Shown: positions 9,958 to 21,309, numbered from the stretch's first letter. The stretch: 64,000 nucleotides of DNA from Promethearchaeota archaeon (GCA_029838195.1 JALGVJ010000012.1:1-64000), one strand, 5' to 3'. The notes: generated from the letters alone by a model not told the origin. Numbers and translations are program-made.

Positions 9958-10366
9958 GTTTTAAGCAAGAGTGTTTTTAAAAAAAATCCGCAATTGAACA
10001 AATGGTAATGGGAATAAATTTTTGGATTAATTAAATTAATTCACGAATTTTTACGTTAAATTGATTAAGAGATTTTGATTTTATTTTTTTTTGATTAAAT
10101 ATCGTGTTATTCCATCTTCAACTAAAATTATTCTCAAATTCATTAAATTGAATGACTTCAAATGTTAATGTATGGTGTAAAACAAATAAGTGTAAACGTT
10201 GAAAAAAGAAGGGTATTAGAAATAATTTTAAATTACATGCGTGAAGGATTTTTTTAGAGCTTAGTATTCAGTCGTGTAGGTTAAAACAACAAAATAGTTA
10301 ATCTAATTAAGAATACAATATTATATTTAAAAAAATTTGAAATTTTTTCTATGAGAACCAATTTTC

Positions 10367-11026
10367 ATGTCAATAAACCGTATATATAAGAGGCTATTGA
10401 ACGAAAACAAGAAATTTATTACATCTAAGGATTTAATATCCTTTAGTCGAGAGTTTTACTATGATTATTATAATGTCATTCGATATTTGCTTAATTGTAA
10501 TTATCTATTGAAGATTTTTAAAGGAATTTTTTATGTAAAAAGTGAGGAAGAAATCAAACAAAATAAAACAAAGTATTCATTATTGGAATTAGTTGGGAAA
10601 GCACTCGAACTAAAGGGGATAAAAAATTGGTATTTCGGTTTATATACCGCTTTAATCTTGAATGGCGTGATGGTAAAAGATGAAAAAAAAGAACTTTATG
10701 TAATGAGTGATGAAATTTTTAGGGCAAAACCAATAAATATTTTAAATCATGTTTTTAAATTCATTAAATTGAATTATAATCTCACGACGTTTGGCATCAT
10801 TGACAATATAATCCGCTATTCAGATTTAGAGAAAACCATTTTAGATTTTATATACCTTGCTAAAAACAAATCGGTAGCAGATCAAATAATTATTAATAAC
10901 ATGAGAGGGTATATGAGCACGGTTTCGGAAGAGAGGATCTTACACCATGCTCAATTTTATCCTAAATCCAATTTAAATATTATAAAAAAATTAATAGAAA
11001 AAGAATGTGTCAAGTCGATAAATTAA
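10367..11026 (+). CDS. AbiEi-like (type IV TA antitoxin) wHTH transcriptional regulator
   Basis: N-terminal wHTH (YLLKIFKGIFYV), WYFGLYTAL and YSDLEKTILDFIY. Confidence 0.65.
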   Translation: MSINRIYKRLLNENKKFITSKDLISFSREFYYDYYNVIRYLLNCNYLLKIFKGIFYVKSEEEIKQNKTKYSLLELVGKALELKGIKNWYFGLYTALILNGVMVKDEKKELYVMSDEIFRAKPINILNHVFKFIKLNYNLTTFGIIDNIIRYSDLEKTILDFIYLAKNKSVADQIIINNMRGYMSTVSEERILHHAQFYPKSNLNIIKKLIEKECVKSIN

Positions 11027-11935
11027 GCGGGTATGATTTAAAAATACCATCAGACTGATGTTTTCTGATATATCATTATCGTGCTCATCATCCCCTGAAT
11101 ATTGAAATAAAATAAATCGATTTAGAGTAGTACTCAAATTCTATAGAAAATTGTTAAAGCTGAATTCTAAATCTAATATATTGTTTAATATAACTATTAA
11201 TTTTAAATTCGTTCAAGATTTTCAGATTTTGTATTAATTCACTGGCTTAAGTAATAATTATTGGGTCTTTCAGCTCATCAATTATTAAAAATTTTTTAAA
11301 TCGTTTAATGAAGGCTTTAAAAGTTTCATTGGTAATGGCTTCTAAAGTCATTTTCCCTTTTTTATTCAGTATATGTAAGAGTTGAGCTTCTTTCTCATGG
11401 AGGGAAAAAAGGAAAGGTTTTTATCTTTCAATTAGATTATCGGTTATGGGATTCTTTCCATGTCCAGACCATATTAATGGTTCCATGAAAAGGAGAAAGA
11501 ATAAGATAATCGGGGCGTAAATTTCTTATCGATGGTTCAAAATAAACATGTGCTTGATCTATTTGAGAAAAAAATTAGTTTAATCTATTAAATAAACGTT
11601 TTTCTCCGGCAGTTGCCGATGAGGGTGGACGGCTTAAAATTCTTGCCATTTTTTTTTGAAAAGTTTTTATAAAAATTATTCATTACATTTAAAATTGTAA
11701 AGATTATAAATAAATATTATTGCCATGTCACGTAGAAGATACCTTCTTTTGGAAGAATATATGAAGCTTTTCAACTTTTTTCAAACCAATGAACTATAAT
11801 TAAAAGTTCAGCATTGAATAATTCTTATTCAAAAATTTTTAATTAAAACGTGAATTTTAATGTAAAAATTATGAATATTTTCATTTTCCTTTCCCTTTAA
11901 GGATTATTAAATATAATATTTTAAATTTAGACATT

Positions 11936-12883
11936 ATGGGATTACAGAATATTTGGATTTGTGGAATAGGGGGCGTTGGAGGATATTTTGGAGGCAAAAT
12001 GGCTTGGAAACTTTCACAACAAGACAATCATGAGCAATCCATTTATTTTCTTGCGCGAGGCGCCCATTTAAAAAGGATTCAACAAAACGGCCTCGAATTA
12101 CATGTTTCCGAAGGAGTTATTTTCACCTGTAAACCGACTTTAGCTTCGGATAACATTCAGGATTTTCCCCCTCCTGATCTTATTTTCATCTGCGTAAAAA
12201 GCTATGATTTAAACTCATTACTTGAGGGTCTGAAATTAAAAATACTAAATCACACGGTAATCATTCCTCTAATGAATGGAATCGATATTCATGAAAGAAT
12301 TAGGAAAATCATTAAAAATGGGATCGTACTTCCATCGTGCGTGTATGTAGGCTCCCATATTGAACAACCAGGTATGGTGATTCAAACGGGTAATCCTGGT
12401 TTTTTTTATTTCGGACCAGATCCCCAACATCCAGAATTTAATCCACAAGAACTCTTGAGTTTGTTCAAAATGCTTGAAATTAATGGACATTGGACGAAAG
12501 ATGTTGAAACAGAGATATGGAAAAAATATTTGCTGGTTGCATCTTTTGCATTAGTTACAGCGCATACCGGCCAAACTTTAGGGGGCGTGATTAATGATCC
12601 TAAATCGCTCGAGATTTTAAAAAAAATCATGAAAGAAATTTTAATAATAGGACAAAAGAAAGGATTAATTTTGCCGGATAGTTTAATAGAAAATATTATA
12701 GAATTTTGCAAGGATTATCCGGATGTAAAGACATCATATCAGAGAGATGTGGAAAAAGGAAAGAAAAATGAGGGAGAGCTGTTTGGAGGAACCATCATTC
12801 GGTTAGGAAAAGAAATGGGAATTCCAACTCCAATGACCGAGAAAATTTATTCTTATCGATTAAAAAACAAGTTATCTGCTTAA
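11936..12883 (+). CDS. panE: 2-dehydropantoate 2-reductase (ApbA/PanE family)
   Basis: GIGGVGGYFG Rossmann motif, CVKSY, PLMNG, IWKKY and TSYQRD..E. Confidence 0.9.
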   Translation: MGLQNIWICGIGGVGGYFGGKMAWKLSQQDNHEQSIYFLARGAHLKRIQQNGLELHVSEGVIFTCKPTLASDNIQDFPPPDLIFICVKSYDLNSLLEGLKLKILNHTVIIPLMNGIDIHERIRKIIKNGIVLPSCVYVGSHIEQPGMVIQTGNPGFFYFGPDPQHPEFNPQELLSLFKMLEINGHWTKDVETEIWKKYLLVASFALVTAHTGQTLGGVINDPKSLEILKKIMKEILIIGQKKGLILPDSLIENIIEFCKDYPDVKTSYQRDVEKGKKNEGELFGGTIIRLGKEMGIPTPMTEKIYSYRLKNKLSA

Positions 12884-13047
12884 TATTAGGGATTATCTTA
12901 AATGAAGAAAATTCAATTTTTTCAATCTTCTCTCTTGTTGGTTTTAATTAAAGTCTAAAAGACTCATGATATTATACCAAATGGTAAAAATTTATAAATA
13001 AACGATACATAAAACAATTTGATAAGATTTGTACTTTAAGAAAAAAA

Positions 13048-14358
13048 ATGGCAGAACCAAATTTTTTATCTAAAGAACCGAAAAATCATAATAATGCAAG
13101 AGATAAAGCCTATTTTATATTATTTTTCATAATTATAATGATTTTTCTGGGTTTTGCTCCTTATTTTAAATCCGAATCATACCAAGAATCAGATGAGAAA
13201 ACAAATGATCCTTCAGAGCTCCCTAGTATTTATTTAACTTGCTTTGAAAATATTACCCAAAATTATACTAGTTGTAAATTTACCCTTGCATGTGAAATTT
13301 CATCACAAAATATAAGTTCTCTAGATGCGAAAATTAGAATAAGAGGTAGATTTAGTGCTATTCTCCCAAAGAAGGGATACTCCTTAGAATTATCCGAAAA
13401 AATAGCTTTACTGGACATGAGAAAGGATGATGATTGGTATTTATTTGCCATGTATTTAGATTTCACTAGAATGAGATATAAATTATCTTTTGATCTTTGG
13501 AATAGTTTACAGAATTTGAACGAACAAACACCTCCTTTGCCCGAATCTAGGTATGTAAAATTATATATAAATAATGAATTTCAAGGACTTTATCTACTGG
13601 CTGAAAAAGCGGATAGAAAGCTTTTTAGGCTTGACCCTAACTTAAGTACTCTTATTTTTCAACCCATACGACCAACAGCTTTAAATAGATATAATTCATT
13701 TGACTGGGAACAAGAATGGCCTAATCCCGAAGATCTGATGATAATTGATGAAATTTTACCAGAATTGATTGACTTTATTAATAATAGTGCTGATGAAGAA
13801 TTTTTTGACCCTACTTTTGGAATTTATTCTAAAATTGATAAGCAAAACTTAATTGATTTTTTCTTATTTAATTTTTTTATTCTCCATACTGATTTTTGGT
13901 CTAAAAATTATTTTTTAATACGCAATACTCCTCCGAGCAAATTCCAGTTAATTCCATGGGATTTTGATGGGTCTTTTGGACAAACCGGATGGATCAAACA
14001 CCATCCTCACAAAAACATGATTTCAGCCATAAAAAGAATTAATGTATTATATCGCCGTTTATTGAATAATACTGAATTTCTGGAAATTTGTAGAGAGCGT
14101 TGGAAAGAGATAAGAGAAAAACTCTGGACGGAAAATTTTATTTTATCTCTTTTAAAGGAAATACATGAAGAAATTAGAGATATTCTTGAGATTGAAATGG
14201 ACCTGTGGAAACCCATGACAGTTGATGAGGAACCAACAAATACTGTTCAAAAAATATATCTATCGACGAAAGAATTTGATTTGCAAGAATATATAGATGC
14301 TCTATATAGTTGGATTGGAGAGCGATTAGAATTTTGCGATTCCTATTTTGAATTTTAA
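13048..14358 (+). CDS. CotH kinase family protein with N-terminal TM anchor
   Basis: IRGRFS..LPKKGY, GLYLLAEK, D..SKNYFL and PWDFDGSFG. Confidence 0.85.
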   Translation: MAEPNFLSKEPKNHNNARDKAYFILFFIIIMIFLGFAPYFKSESYQESDEKTNDPSELPSIYLTCFENITQNYTSCKFTLACEISSQNISSLDAKIRIRGRFSAILPKKGYSLELSEKIALLDMRKDDDWYLFAMYLDFTRMRYKLSFDLWNSLQNLNEQTPPLPESRYVKLYINNEFQGLYLLAEKADRKLFRLDPNLSTLIFQPIRPTALNRYNSFDWEQEWPNPEDLMIIDEILPELIDFINNSADEEFFDPTFGIYSKIDKQNLIDFFLFNFFILHTDFWSKNYFLIRNTPPSKFQLIPWDFDGSFGQTGWIKHHPHKNMISAIKRINVLYRRLLNNTEFLEICRERWKEIREKLWTENFILSLLKEIHEEIRDILEIEMDLWKPMTVDEEPTNTVQKIYLSTKEFDLQEYIDALYSWIGERLEFCDSYFEF

Positions 14359-14415
14359 AATAAATTCATTAAAAAATTTTATTATAAATAGTAATAGTTA
14401 AATAATAATTGATAA

Positions 14416-15015
14416 ATGGAACTATTTGATACAATTTATTTTAAAGGAATTGTCATGGAAGAAGAAGATTTTGTTATTTTGGAAGAAGAAATAAAGCAAA
14501 GAGTTCAAGAATTAGCCAAGGAAATTCATGAATTTTATTCCGAAAAGAAGATTTCTCTCATCCACGTGATTTTTGTCTTAACAGGTGCCTTTATTTTCAC
14601 ATCGGATTTAATTCGGGAGCTAAATAGCTTAGGGATAAAAATGAAAATAAAAGAAATCATCGTGCATTCATATCGTGGCATGCATTCTGGAGAGGTGTTG
14701 CTTGAAGATAGAGATTTTCTGGATCTCAAATTAAATAATGCGGATGTTCTCATACTTGATGATATTTTGGATACGGGAAAAACTCTCCATGCGATCAAGG
14801 AAAAAATTTTAGAAATTTATGCCATCAAGTCAATGGAATTTTGCGTGTTTCTTAAAAAAGAAAATAATGAACGTCAAGTGGATTTGGATATTAGATTCGT
14901 AGGTTTTAACATTCCAAATATTTTTGTCGTAGGATATGGTCTAGATTACAATGGAGAGTATCGTGAGTTGCCTTATATTATCAATCTTGCTCAATTAATG
15001 AAAGATCATGAGTGA
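14416..15015 (+). CDS. hpt: Hypoxanthine phosphoribosyltransferase
   Basis: VLTGAFIF, PRPP motif VLILDDILDTGKTL and FVVGYGLDYNGEYRELP. Confidence 0.9.
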   Translation: MELFDTIYFKGIVMEEEDFVILEEEIKQRVQELAKEIHEFYSEKKISLIHVIFVLTGAFIFTSDLIRELNSLGIKMKIKEIIVHSYRGMHSGEVLLEDRDFLDLKLNNADVLILDDILDTGKTLHAIKEKILEIYAIKSMEFCVFLKKENNERQVDLDIRFVGFNIPNIFVVGYGLDYNGEYRELPYIINLAQLMKDHE

Positions 15016-15312
15016 ATTACAAAAAGATCTCGTTCCGCCTACTAACGTAAAAAGAAAGACCACGAAACTTAAAATTCCGAATGTAATATATTTAATTTTC
15101 TTAAATTAATAAAACCTTCAAACCCGCTCGAAATGATCGGATAGGGCGACAACCAATTAAAAGTAATTGGTAAGACTAAAATCTATGAATAAATTATTAT
15201 CTTTCTTAACTTAGAAAGTCTTATATGTTGTCCCATTTAAAGTAGATCTAAATTATTACGTTTTAACCCAAAATAATAGAGTTAAGAAATTTATTCATTA
15301 AAATGGGTTAGT

Positions 15313-16170
15313 TTATTTTATAATGATGTTTTCAATAAATTTTAGATATTCAATGCATTCTTTTGTATAGATTACTGCCTCCGGCAAGATTTTATTTTGG
15401 CATGTATAAAAAGTTTCAGAGTGAGGGGGAAGAAATTCTCCTACGATGGCTCCATCATATTTGATGTCTCTTAAGGCTCTAAAAATTTCAAACCAATTAA
15501 TTTGACCTCGGCCAGGTGATTTTCTATTGGAATCTGCCACGTGAAAATGAATTAATTCTCTGTTTGCTGAGCGTATTGCTTCTGCATTGTTATTTTCTTC
15601 AATATTAGAATGAAACGTATCTAGCATCATTTTTACCCTAGAATGATGGACTTCTTTAACTAATATCAGAGCTTGAGAGCACGTGCGTAAAAATATGTTT
15701 TCATACCGGTTTAAAGGCTCTAAAGCTAAGAGAATTGAACCTACAGATTGAGCATGGTCGCCGAGTTCTTGAAGTGCTCGAGTACAAGCTTCTATATTTT
15801 GTTTTGTCCAACGATCTCGAATATTGAATACCCCTGATGGCACGATGAGAACTAATTTAGCTTCCAATTCAACTCCGATTTCGATGCATTTTTTCAAATA
15901 GAGCAAGGAATTTTTTTGAATATCTTTATCATTATCGATTAAGTTTTTACACTTAGATTTATCTGAGGAGAACATCATATTTGGGCAAATACTGCTGCAA
16001 ATAAGCGAAAAATCTTTTAAATATTTTTTAATAATCTCCAGATTAAAACCTATTAACTCATTTATTCGAATCTCAACCCCGTCATATCCATATTTTTTAA
16101 TTCTCTGAAATTGAAGTTCTAGTGGTTCTTGACCATAAATCCAGTGAGATATACTATATATCAAATTCAT
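15313..16170 (-). CDS. Sugar phosphate isomerase/epimerase (D-psicose/tagatose 3-epimerase family, AP-endonuclease-2 TIM barrel)
   Basis: GYDGVEI, LEPLNRYE, DTFHSNIEE and HVADSNRKSPGRG. Confidence 0.85.
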   Translation of the reverse strand: MNLIYSISHWIYGQEPLELQFQRIKKYGYDGVEIRINELIGFNLEIIKKYLKDFSLICSSICPNMMFSSDKSKCKNLIDNDKDIQKNSLLYLKKCIEIGVELEAKLVLIVPSGVFNIRDRWTKQNIEACTRALQELGDHAQSVGSILLALEPLNRYENIFLRTCSQALILVKEVHHSRVKMMLDTFHSNIEENNNAEAIRSANRELIHFHVADSNRKSPGRGQINWFEIFRALRDIKYDGAIVGEFLPPHSETFYTCQNKILPEAVIYTKECIEYLKFIENIIIK

Positions 16171-16390
16171 TTCTTTCCCTTGAAATGAAACCTGTTGATA
16201 ATCATGCTATTGACTCATGAAATTTTTGTTTTCATTTAATTTTTTTCTTTAATTTAATTTGAACTCATTTTAGCGAAATTATCATGATAAAGATAAATTT
16301 AAATATTCTATAATGATGATATTATTTATTGAGAATATTATATTTTTAAAATATTTAAAGCAATAATTACAAGCAATATCCTAATAGAAA

Positions 16391-16614
16391 ATATTTAAGT
16401 CTCAAGACTCTATTTCTAAGATTTTAATCATTTTAAATGAATTTGGAATGGAATATATCACTTTAGGACAATCTACACCGACTTTAGGTAGAGATGAAGC
16501 TCAGAGGATAAAATTAGACAAGGAATTAGGTCTTTTTATGACGCTGTAAAATTAATCGATTTATTAGAAAGATTAGTACAAAAAGGAAATACGGGTCCTT
16601 TTCTAAAACCATGA
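16391..16614 (+). pseudogene. uvrA: Internally deleted relic of a UvrA-like ABC ATPase C-terminus (not in the ORF track)
   Basis: Translates as ILNEFGMEYITLGQSTPTLGRDEAQRIKLDKELG, then after a frame change FYDAVKLIDLLERLVQKGNT-GPFLKP*. This matches UvrA GLGYI.LGQ..TTLSGGEAQRIKLAKEL / DV.KL...L.RLV.KGNT / TG.FLK. Confidence 0.75.
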
Positions 16615-16647
16615 TATCTCACTAAAAAGTCATAAATAAATAAGGTA

Positions 16648-17232
16648 TTATTGTAATTTTTTACATTGTTCATATCTAAAACAAGAAATTACATGATCAT
16701 TAACTATGCCCGTGGCTTGCATGAACGCATAAATAATTTTTGAACCAATAAATTTAAAGCCACGATTTTTCATATCTTTCGAAATTTTCTTAGATAAAGG
16801 TGTTTCCCCAGGTATTTCTTTTTCCGATTGCCAAGAGTTTTGAATGGGCTTATAATCAACGAAGCTCCACACGTAATCATTAAACGTACCAAATTCTTCA
16901 CTAATCTTCAAAAATATTCCCGCGTTATGAATGATAGACTCGATTTTTAATCTATTTCTAATGATACCTCGATCATGTAATAATTCTTCGATTTTCTTCA
17001 CTTTATAATTTACAATCTTTTCAGGAACAAAAAAATCAAAAGCTTTTCTATAATTTTCTCTTTTTTCTAATATAATTTGCCAATTTAATCCAGCTTGTGC
17101 GCTTTGTAAACATAACATTTCAAACAATTTCAGATCTTCATGTTGCGGAACTCCCCATTCGTGGTCATGATAATGTAACATCAATTTGCTCTGAAAACTC
17201 CAAGTACATCTTTTCATTTTTATATCTTTCAT
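16648..17232 (-). CDS. tag: DNA-3-methyladenine glycosylase I
   Basis: RCTW, YHDHEWG, QAGLNW, GIIRNRLKI, FKFIG and GIVNDH..C. Confidence 0.95.
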   Translation of the reverse strand: MKDIKMKRCTWSFQSKLMLHYHDHEWGVPQHEDLKLFEMLCLQSAQAGLNWQIILEKRENYRKAFDFFVPEKIVNYKVKKIEELLHDRGIIRNRLKIESIIHNAGIFLKISEEFGTFNDYVWSFVDYKPIQNSWQSEKEIPGETPLSKKISKDMKNRGFKFIGSKIIYAFMQATGIVNDHVISCFRYEQCKKLQ

Positions 17233-17305
17233 GATAAAATTAAGATTTAATCCAATAAAAAGGAGAATTTAAAAATTTCTTTTAAACTTCCTTAATTTGG
17301 TATCT

Positions 17306-18187
17306 TTAACATTCAAATTCTAAAACAGATCCTGCTAAAAAATCATGAAATATTTCAGCACCAAATCGTTTCTTGAAATATTTTGTGGCTTTTTTACCCG
17401 TACAATGATTTAAGTATAATTTTGGGAGTCCATACTTTTCTTCTAGTACATCTGCAACATGTTTAATTTTTTTTTTCGAAAACATCAACATGTGAGTGCC
17501 TCCGATAATTCCATGGATTTTTTCTTCTGGAAATAATGATCGTGCTTGAGCGCACGTATTTAAAATTCCTGAATGACAACATCCACATATTAGAACCAAA
17601 CCTTTTTTAGTTTTTAAAGCTAAGGAAAGGTCATCATACAATAAATCTTTTTTCCATTTCCCATTCACTTGATGTACCATCAAGGAACTAGAGCCATCGG
17701 GTTCCTCTCTATTTGATACCTCTCCGAGAGTAGATAAATAAGGAGTAATTTGAAATGGTTTTTCTTGGAAATTAAACTCTATTTTTGACAGTAAACTGTC
17801 AGGAAGCTTAGGAAATCCGATTTCTAGTTCTCTATACAAAATATAAAAGAGTAGCGATGCCTTCAAGGAAGCTTTTTTTCTTTCAATAGCGAGAGGATGA
17901 GCAATAATTTGTAAAGGGACCCTCGTATTCCTCGAGGAAAGGAGCTTTACTAGACCTCTTGTATGATCATTGTGGCCATGAGATAAAATTAAAAGATTTA
18001 TCGAATTGGGATCGATATTAGCGCAATTTAAATTATGTATCAAAATATCTCCATTATTTCCCGTATCGTACATGATTAATTGATTATCATCTTTAATAAC
18101 GACGGCATTTCCATAATCTCCCTTGAAATTAGTATTAGGGAGGGCTTTATTATTATAAATACATGTAATTTTAACTTTCATTTTCAC
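17306..18187 (-). CDS. MBL-fold metallo-hydrolase (COG1237 type)
   Basis: DTG, SHGHNDHTRG, GCCHSG, GGTH and HCTG. Confidence 0.85.
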   Translation of the reverse strand: MKMKVKITCIYNNKALPNTNFKGDYGNAVVIKDDNQLIMYDTGNNGDILIHNLNCANIDPNSINLLILSHGHNDHTRGLVKLLSSRNTRVPLQIIAHPLAIERKKASLKASLLFYILYRELEIGFPKLPDSLLSKIEFNFQEKPFQITPYLSTLGEVSNREEPDGSSSLMVHQVNGKWKKDLLYDDLSLALKTKKGLVLICGCCHSGILNTCAQARSLFPEEKIHGIIGGTHMLMFSKKKIKHVADVLEEKYGLPKLYLNHCTGKKATKYFKKRFGAEIFHDFLAGSVLEFEC

Positions 18188-18445
18188 GTTATATACAATT
18201 TTCTATTGATAATTATACTTTTCTTTAAAAAGAATTAATTTAAAGTTATCTTTAATGAGGTGTAATTTCTGACAATAACGATGATTATATTAAATTTCTG
18301 CTGGTTTTAGTGAATTTTAATGTAGATAATAGTTTTAGGAAGTGACTTTTAAATCTTGAAAATTATTCTTGTCAAAAAATAAAAATTAAAAAATAAAATA
18401 GAATAAAAAATTGAAAAAAATCAATTCTTTTTTAAAATAATTTTT

Positions 18446-20005
18446 TTAAACTTGATTATTTTTGAACCTATTAAATACATGTTTTTCTTCTTTTTCTTTA
18501 GGAATCCACATTTGATTTAACCAATAATTCATTTCAGCTTTATTTTTTGTTTCAAAAATATTCATAAAAACGTCCATGAGCATTTCCGTAGGCTTTCCTG
18601 TATGAGCTGATAATAGGTGTATTAATTCCATATTTTCCTTTATCCGCATTTGCTTCCAAGCATCATATCCTTCTAAATAACTTTTTATCGAATTCCAATA
18701 TTCCGTATTTTTCATGCCATTTATCAGGTAATAATCTGTTTCTAATTCATTTTTACCCTCGATATATGCTTTTAGTAATATTTGCTTCCAATTATCTGGT
18801 AATATAATATTATATTCAGAAGGATTAACTGAAATATAAGAACCGGGAGTAAGTCGAAAGGCTGACATGCTATAGTTGGTTAAGTTTAATTCTTCGATTA
18901 AACACAAGGTTTTTTTTATACTTTCTTCATTTTCGCCAGGATGCCCTACTATAAATGAGCCAGCCCCGTGAATGTTTAAATTCTTTACAATGGCATGTGT
19001 TTCTTTCATTTTATCCAAAGTAATTCGTTTGTACATTCTTTTTAAGATTCTTTCATCTCCAGATTCCCATCCAAAATATAAAGTAACAAGCCCAGATTGT
19101 TTTAATTTGCTTAAGATTTCATGATTAAAAGAATCAAACCGTCCAAAAGCGAACCAGTTGATTTTCATATCGTTTTCAATTATATAATCTGCGAATTTGC
19201 TTAAAAGAGAGATATTGGGAGTGGAATCCACGATATATAAATTTCCAATCCCGTGAAAATAGTAATCATTTTCAATCTCTTGAACGATATTATCCCAGTT
19301 TCTTAATCGGATGCTATTTAATTTTTGAAATTGTCCATGTGAAATATGATTTGGACAGAAGACCTCTCTCTTTTTTCCCCATAAATAAGAATGGGAACAA
19401 AAACTACAAGCATTTTCACATCCTCTTTTCATGTTAATTGGAAGGATGGGGAAATAATCTTTTAGATTAATTCCGTTCCATGTCACGATTATTTCATTTA
19501 CATCAAATAATTCCCACTTTGTTTTCACGATTTTACCTTCTTCCCTATATATCGTATTTGGTACTTCTTTTAGAGAAGCTTTATCAATGAGCGCATTATA
19601 AATCTCTACGATTGCTTTTTCACCTTCACCATACACTAAAGCATCAAATACATGAAATTCCTTGAGATCATAGCAGATTTCTTCAAATAATTGAATGATG
19701 GGTCCACCCGCTACCAATATGCTCGAAGAAATTTTTTTGATTTCATTAGCAAGATTAATTATCTCTTTTAATCCATTCCCTACATTTTCAATCTTGAATC
19801 CAACAATCATGGGATTAGTCTCTTGGATATATTTTAATGCATCTTCTTTTTCATTATTCCATGAATTAAGATCGAAGTATTTACTTTTTATTCCGGCATT
19901 TTCAAGGCTTGCCATCAAGTAAGCAATTCCTAAATCTGGAACTAATTGATCAAAACAATCCATTTTACCCGTATATTTAACCAAAACAACTTCTTTTCCA
20001 TTCAT
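18446..20005 (-). CDS. B12-binding domain radical SAM protein
   Basis: LGIAYL, AGGP and GEGE cobalamin-domain motifs; RGCENACSFC; GWESG; FIVGHPGE. Confidence 0.9.
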   Translation of the reverse strand: MNGKEVVLVKYTGKMDCFDQLVPDLGIAYLMASLENAGIKSKYFDLNSWNNEKEDALKYIQETNPMIVGFKIENVGNGLKEIINLANEIKKISSSILVAGGPIIQLFEEICYDLKEFHVFDALVYGEGEKAIVEIYNALIDKASLKEVPNTIYREEGKIVKTKWELFDVNEIIVTWNGINLKDYFPILPINMKRGCENACSFCSHSYLWGKKREVFCPNHISHGQFQKLNSIRLRNWDNIVQEIENDYYFHGIGNLYIVDSTPNISLLSKFADYIIENDMKINWFAFGRFDSFNHEILSKLKQSGLVTLYFGWESGDERILKRMYKRITLDKMKETHAIVKNLNIHGAGSFIVGHPGENEESIKKTLCLIEELNLTNYSMSAFRLTPGSYISVNPSEYNIILPDNWKQILLKAYIEGKNELETDYYLINGMKNTEYWNSIKSYLEGYDAWKQMRIKENMELIHLLSAHTGKPTEMLMDVFMNIFETKNKAEMNYWLNQMWIPKEKEEKHVFNRFKNNQV

Positions 20006-21309
20006 GTTAATTCCCTCATATATTCTATTCTTGAGAAAAAATTGGTTTCTTTCAAAAATCTTTCATTTTCTTCAGCACATTTTAGAATTTCTATTTTTCC
20101 TTTAAACCAACAAAAACCGACAGCGTCCTCAAAAATTCCCAATCTATCATTATAAAAATAAGAAGGAACATACCCACAAGGTATAAATCCGTTTCTGATT
20201 AAAATTTTTTGATGTTCTGGTTCATACCCGGATACAAAAACTTCCACATAGCGAATATCTATTTCCTGAAGCAATATTTTTAATTTTTTGATAAAACATT
20301 CTAATTCCTCTAATTGTTCTATATCATACCTACAATTTTCGATGTTTTTATTATATTCATCGTACTCGAATTTAAAATATGAGGTGGAATTTTTCAGAGT
20401 GATTGTAAATTTAATCTTACCAAAATTTTCTAGAGTTTTTGTTAAATTTAAATTGTTCATGATCCATTTCTCTTTATTTTTATTAATGATAATCCCATCC
20501 TCATTAATAAGGGGGCGCCCTAATCCATATCGTTTATTTGAATAAGAATAGAAATCGACAATTTCAGGAATGATATGAGGGATTTCTTCAGTCCTAAATT
20601 TTTTTATAGCTACTTGATCATAAATTACATGTAAAAAACTAGATTCTGGGACATTAAATATTAAATCTTTATTTGGGAAAAAAGCGACTGGTTTAAAACC
20701 AATAGAATTGCCAATGCTTTGGGCTTTTGGATGCTTAGTGCGCGCTTCTGAAAAATATCTTATAACATCATTTTTACATGAACAATACATATAAATAATA
20801 CATGCAAAAACGGTATTTTTCATATCAAATTTGCCTTGATATTCTTCTTTTAAAATTAATCCATGTGGATTCCCAATTTTCTCTTTAAAATTTAATTTAT
20901 ATCCTAGAGCTCCAATTATTTCATCATTTAGCTTAAAGATTAACCATTTATAATTTTCACTAGTCAAAATATGGGTAAGCTCTTTCTCATCTTCATATCG
21001 CTTATTAGGATAAGTACCTTTATAAACTTCATAAATAAGGTTTTTAATATTAATTGAATCTTCAGGTTTAGCAACTATTATAGTTGGGAATATTTTAGAG
21101 CTTTTCCGCTTTTGTAAATTAAAAAGAGTAAGAATATCACTTTTTAAATTATGATTCGCTCTTAAGATCGAATTTTTAAATAATTTAAAATAATCTTCTA
21201 ACCATAATGGTTCCACTTGATGATTCTTTTTGTATAAAATATCTTTATTTTTCATCGCTCTTCTATCAAAAAAAGTAATATTTTTAAATAAAGATAATGA
21301 ATATCTCAA
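20002..21309 (-). CDS. Tandem GNAT-like protein (true start probably at or after 21255)
   Basis: N-terminal GNAT (YKGTYP, EARTKHPKAQ..GF.PVAF) and C-terminal GNAT-like (YVEVFV..GFIPCGYVP). Its stop overlaps the radical SAM start (ATGA). Confidence 0.6.
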   Translation of the reverse strand: MRYSLSLFKNITFFDRRAMKNKDILYKKNHQVEPLWLEDYFKLFKNSILRANHNLKSDILTLFNLQKRKSSKIFPTIIVAKPEDSINIKNLIYEVYKGTYPNKRYEDEKELTHILTSENYKWLIFKLNDEIIGALGYKLNFKEKIGNPHGLILKEEYQGKFDMKNTVFACIIYMYCSCKNDVIRYFSEARTKHPKAQSIGNSIGFKPVAFFPNKDLIFNVPESSFLHVIYDQVAIKKFRTEEIPHIIPEIVDFYSYSNKRYGLGRPLINEDGIIINKNKEKWIMNNLNLTKTLENFGKIKFTITLKNSTSYFKFEYDEYNKNIENCRYDIEQLEELECFIKKLKILLQEIDIRYVEVFVSGYEPEHQKILIRNGFIPCGYVPSYFYNDRLGIFEDAVGFCWFKGKIEILKCAEENERFLKETNFFSRIEYMRELT

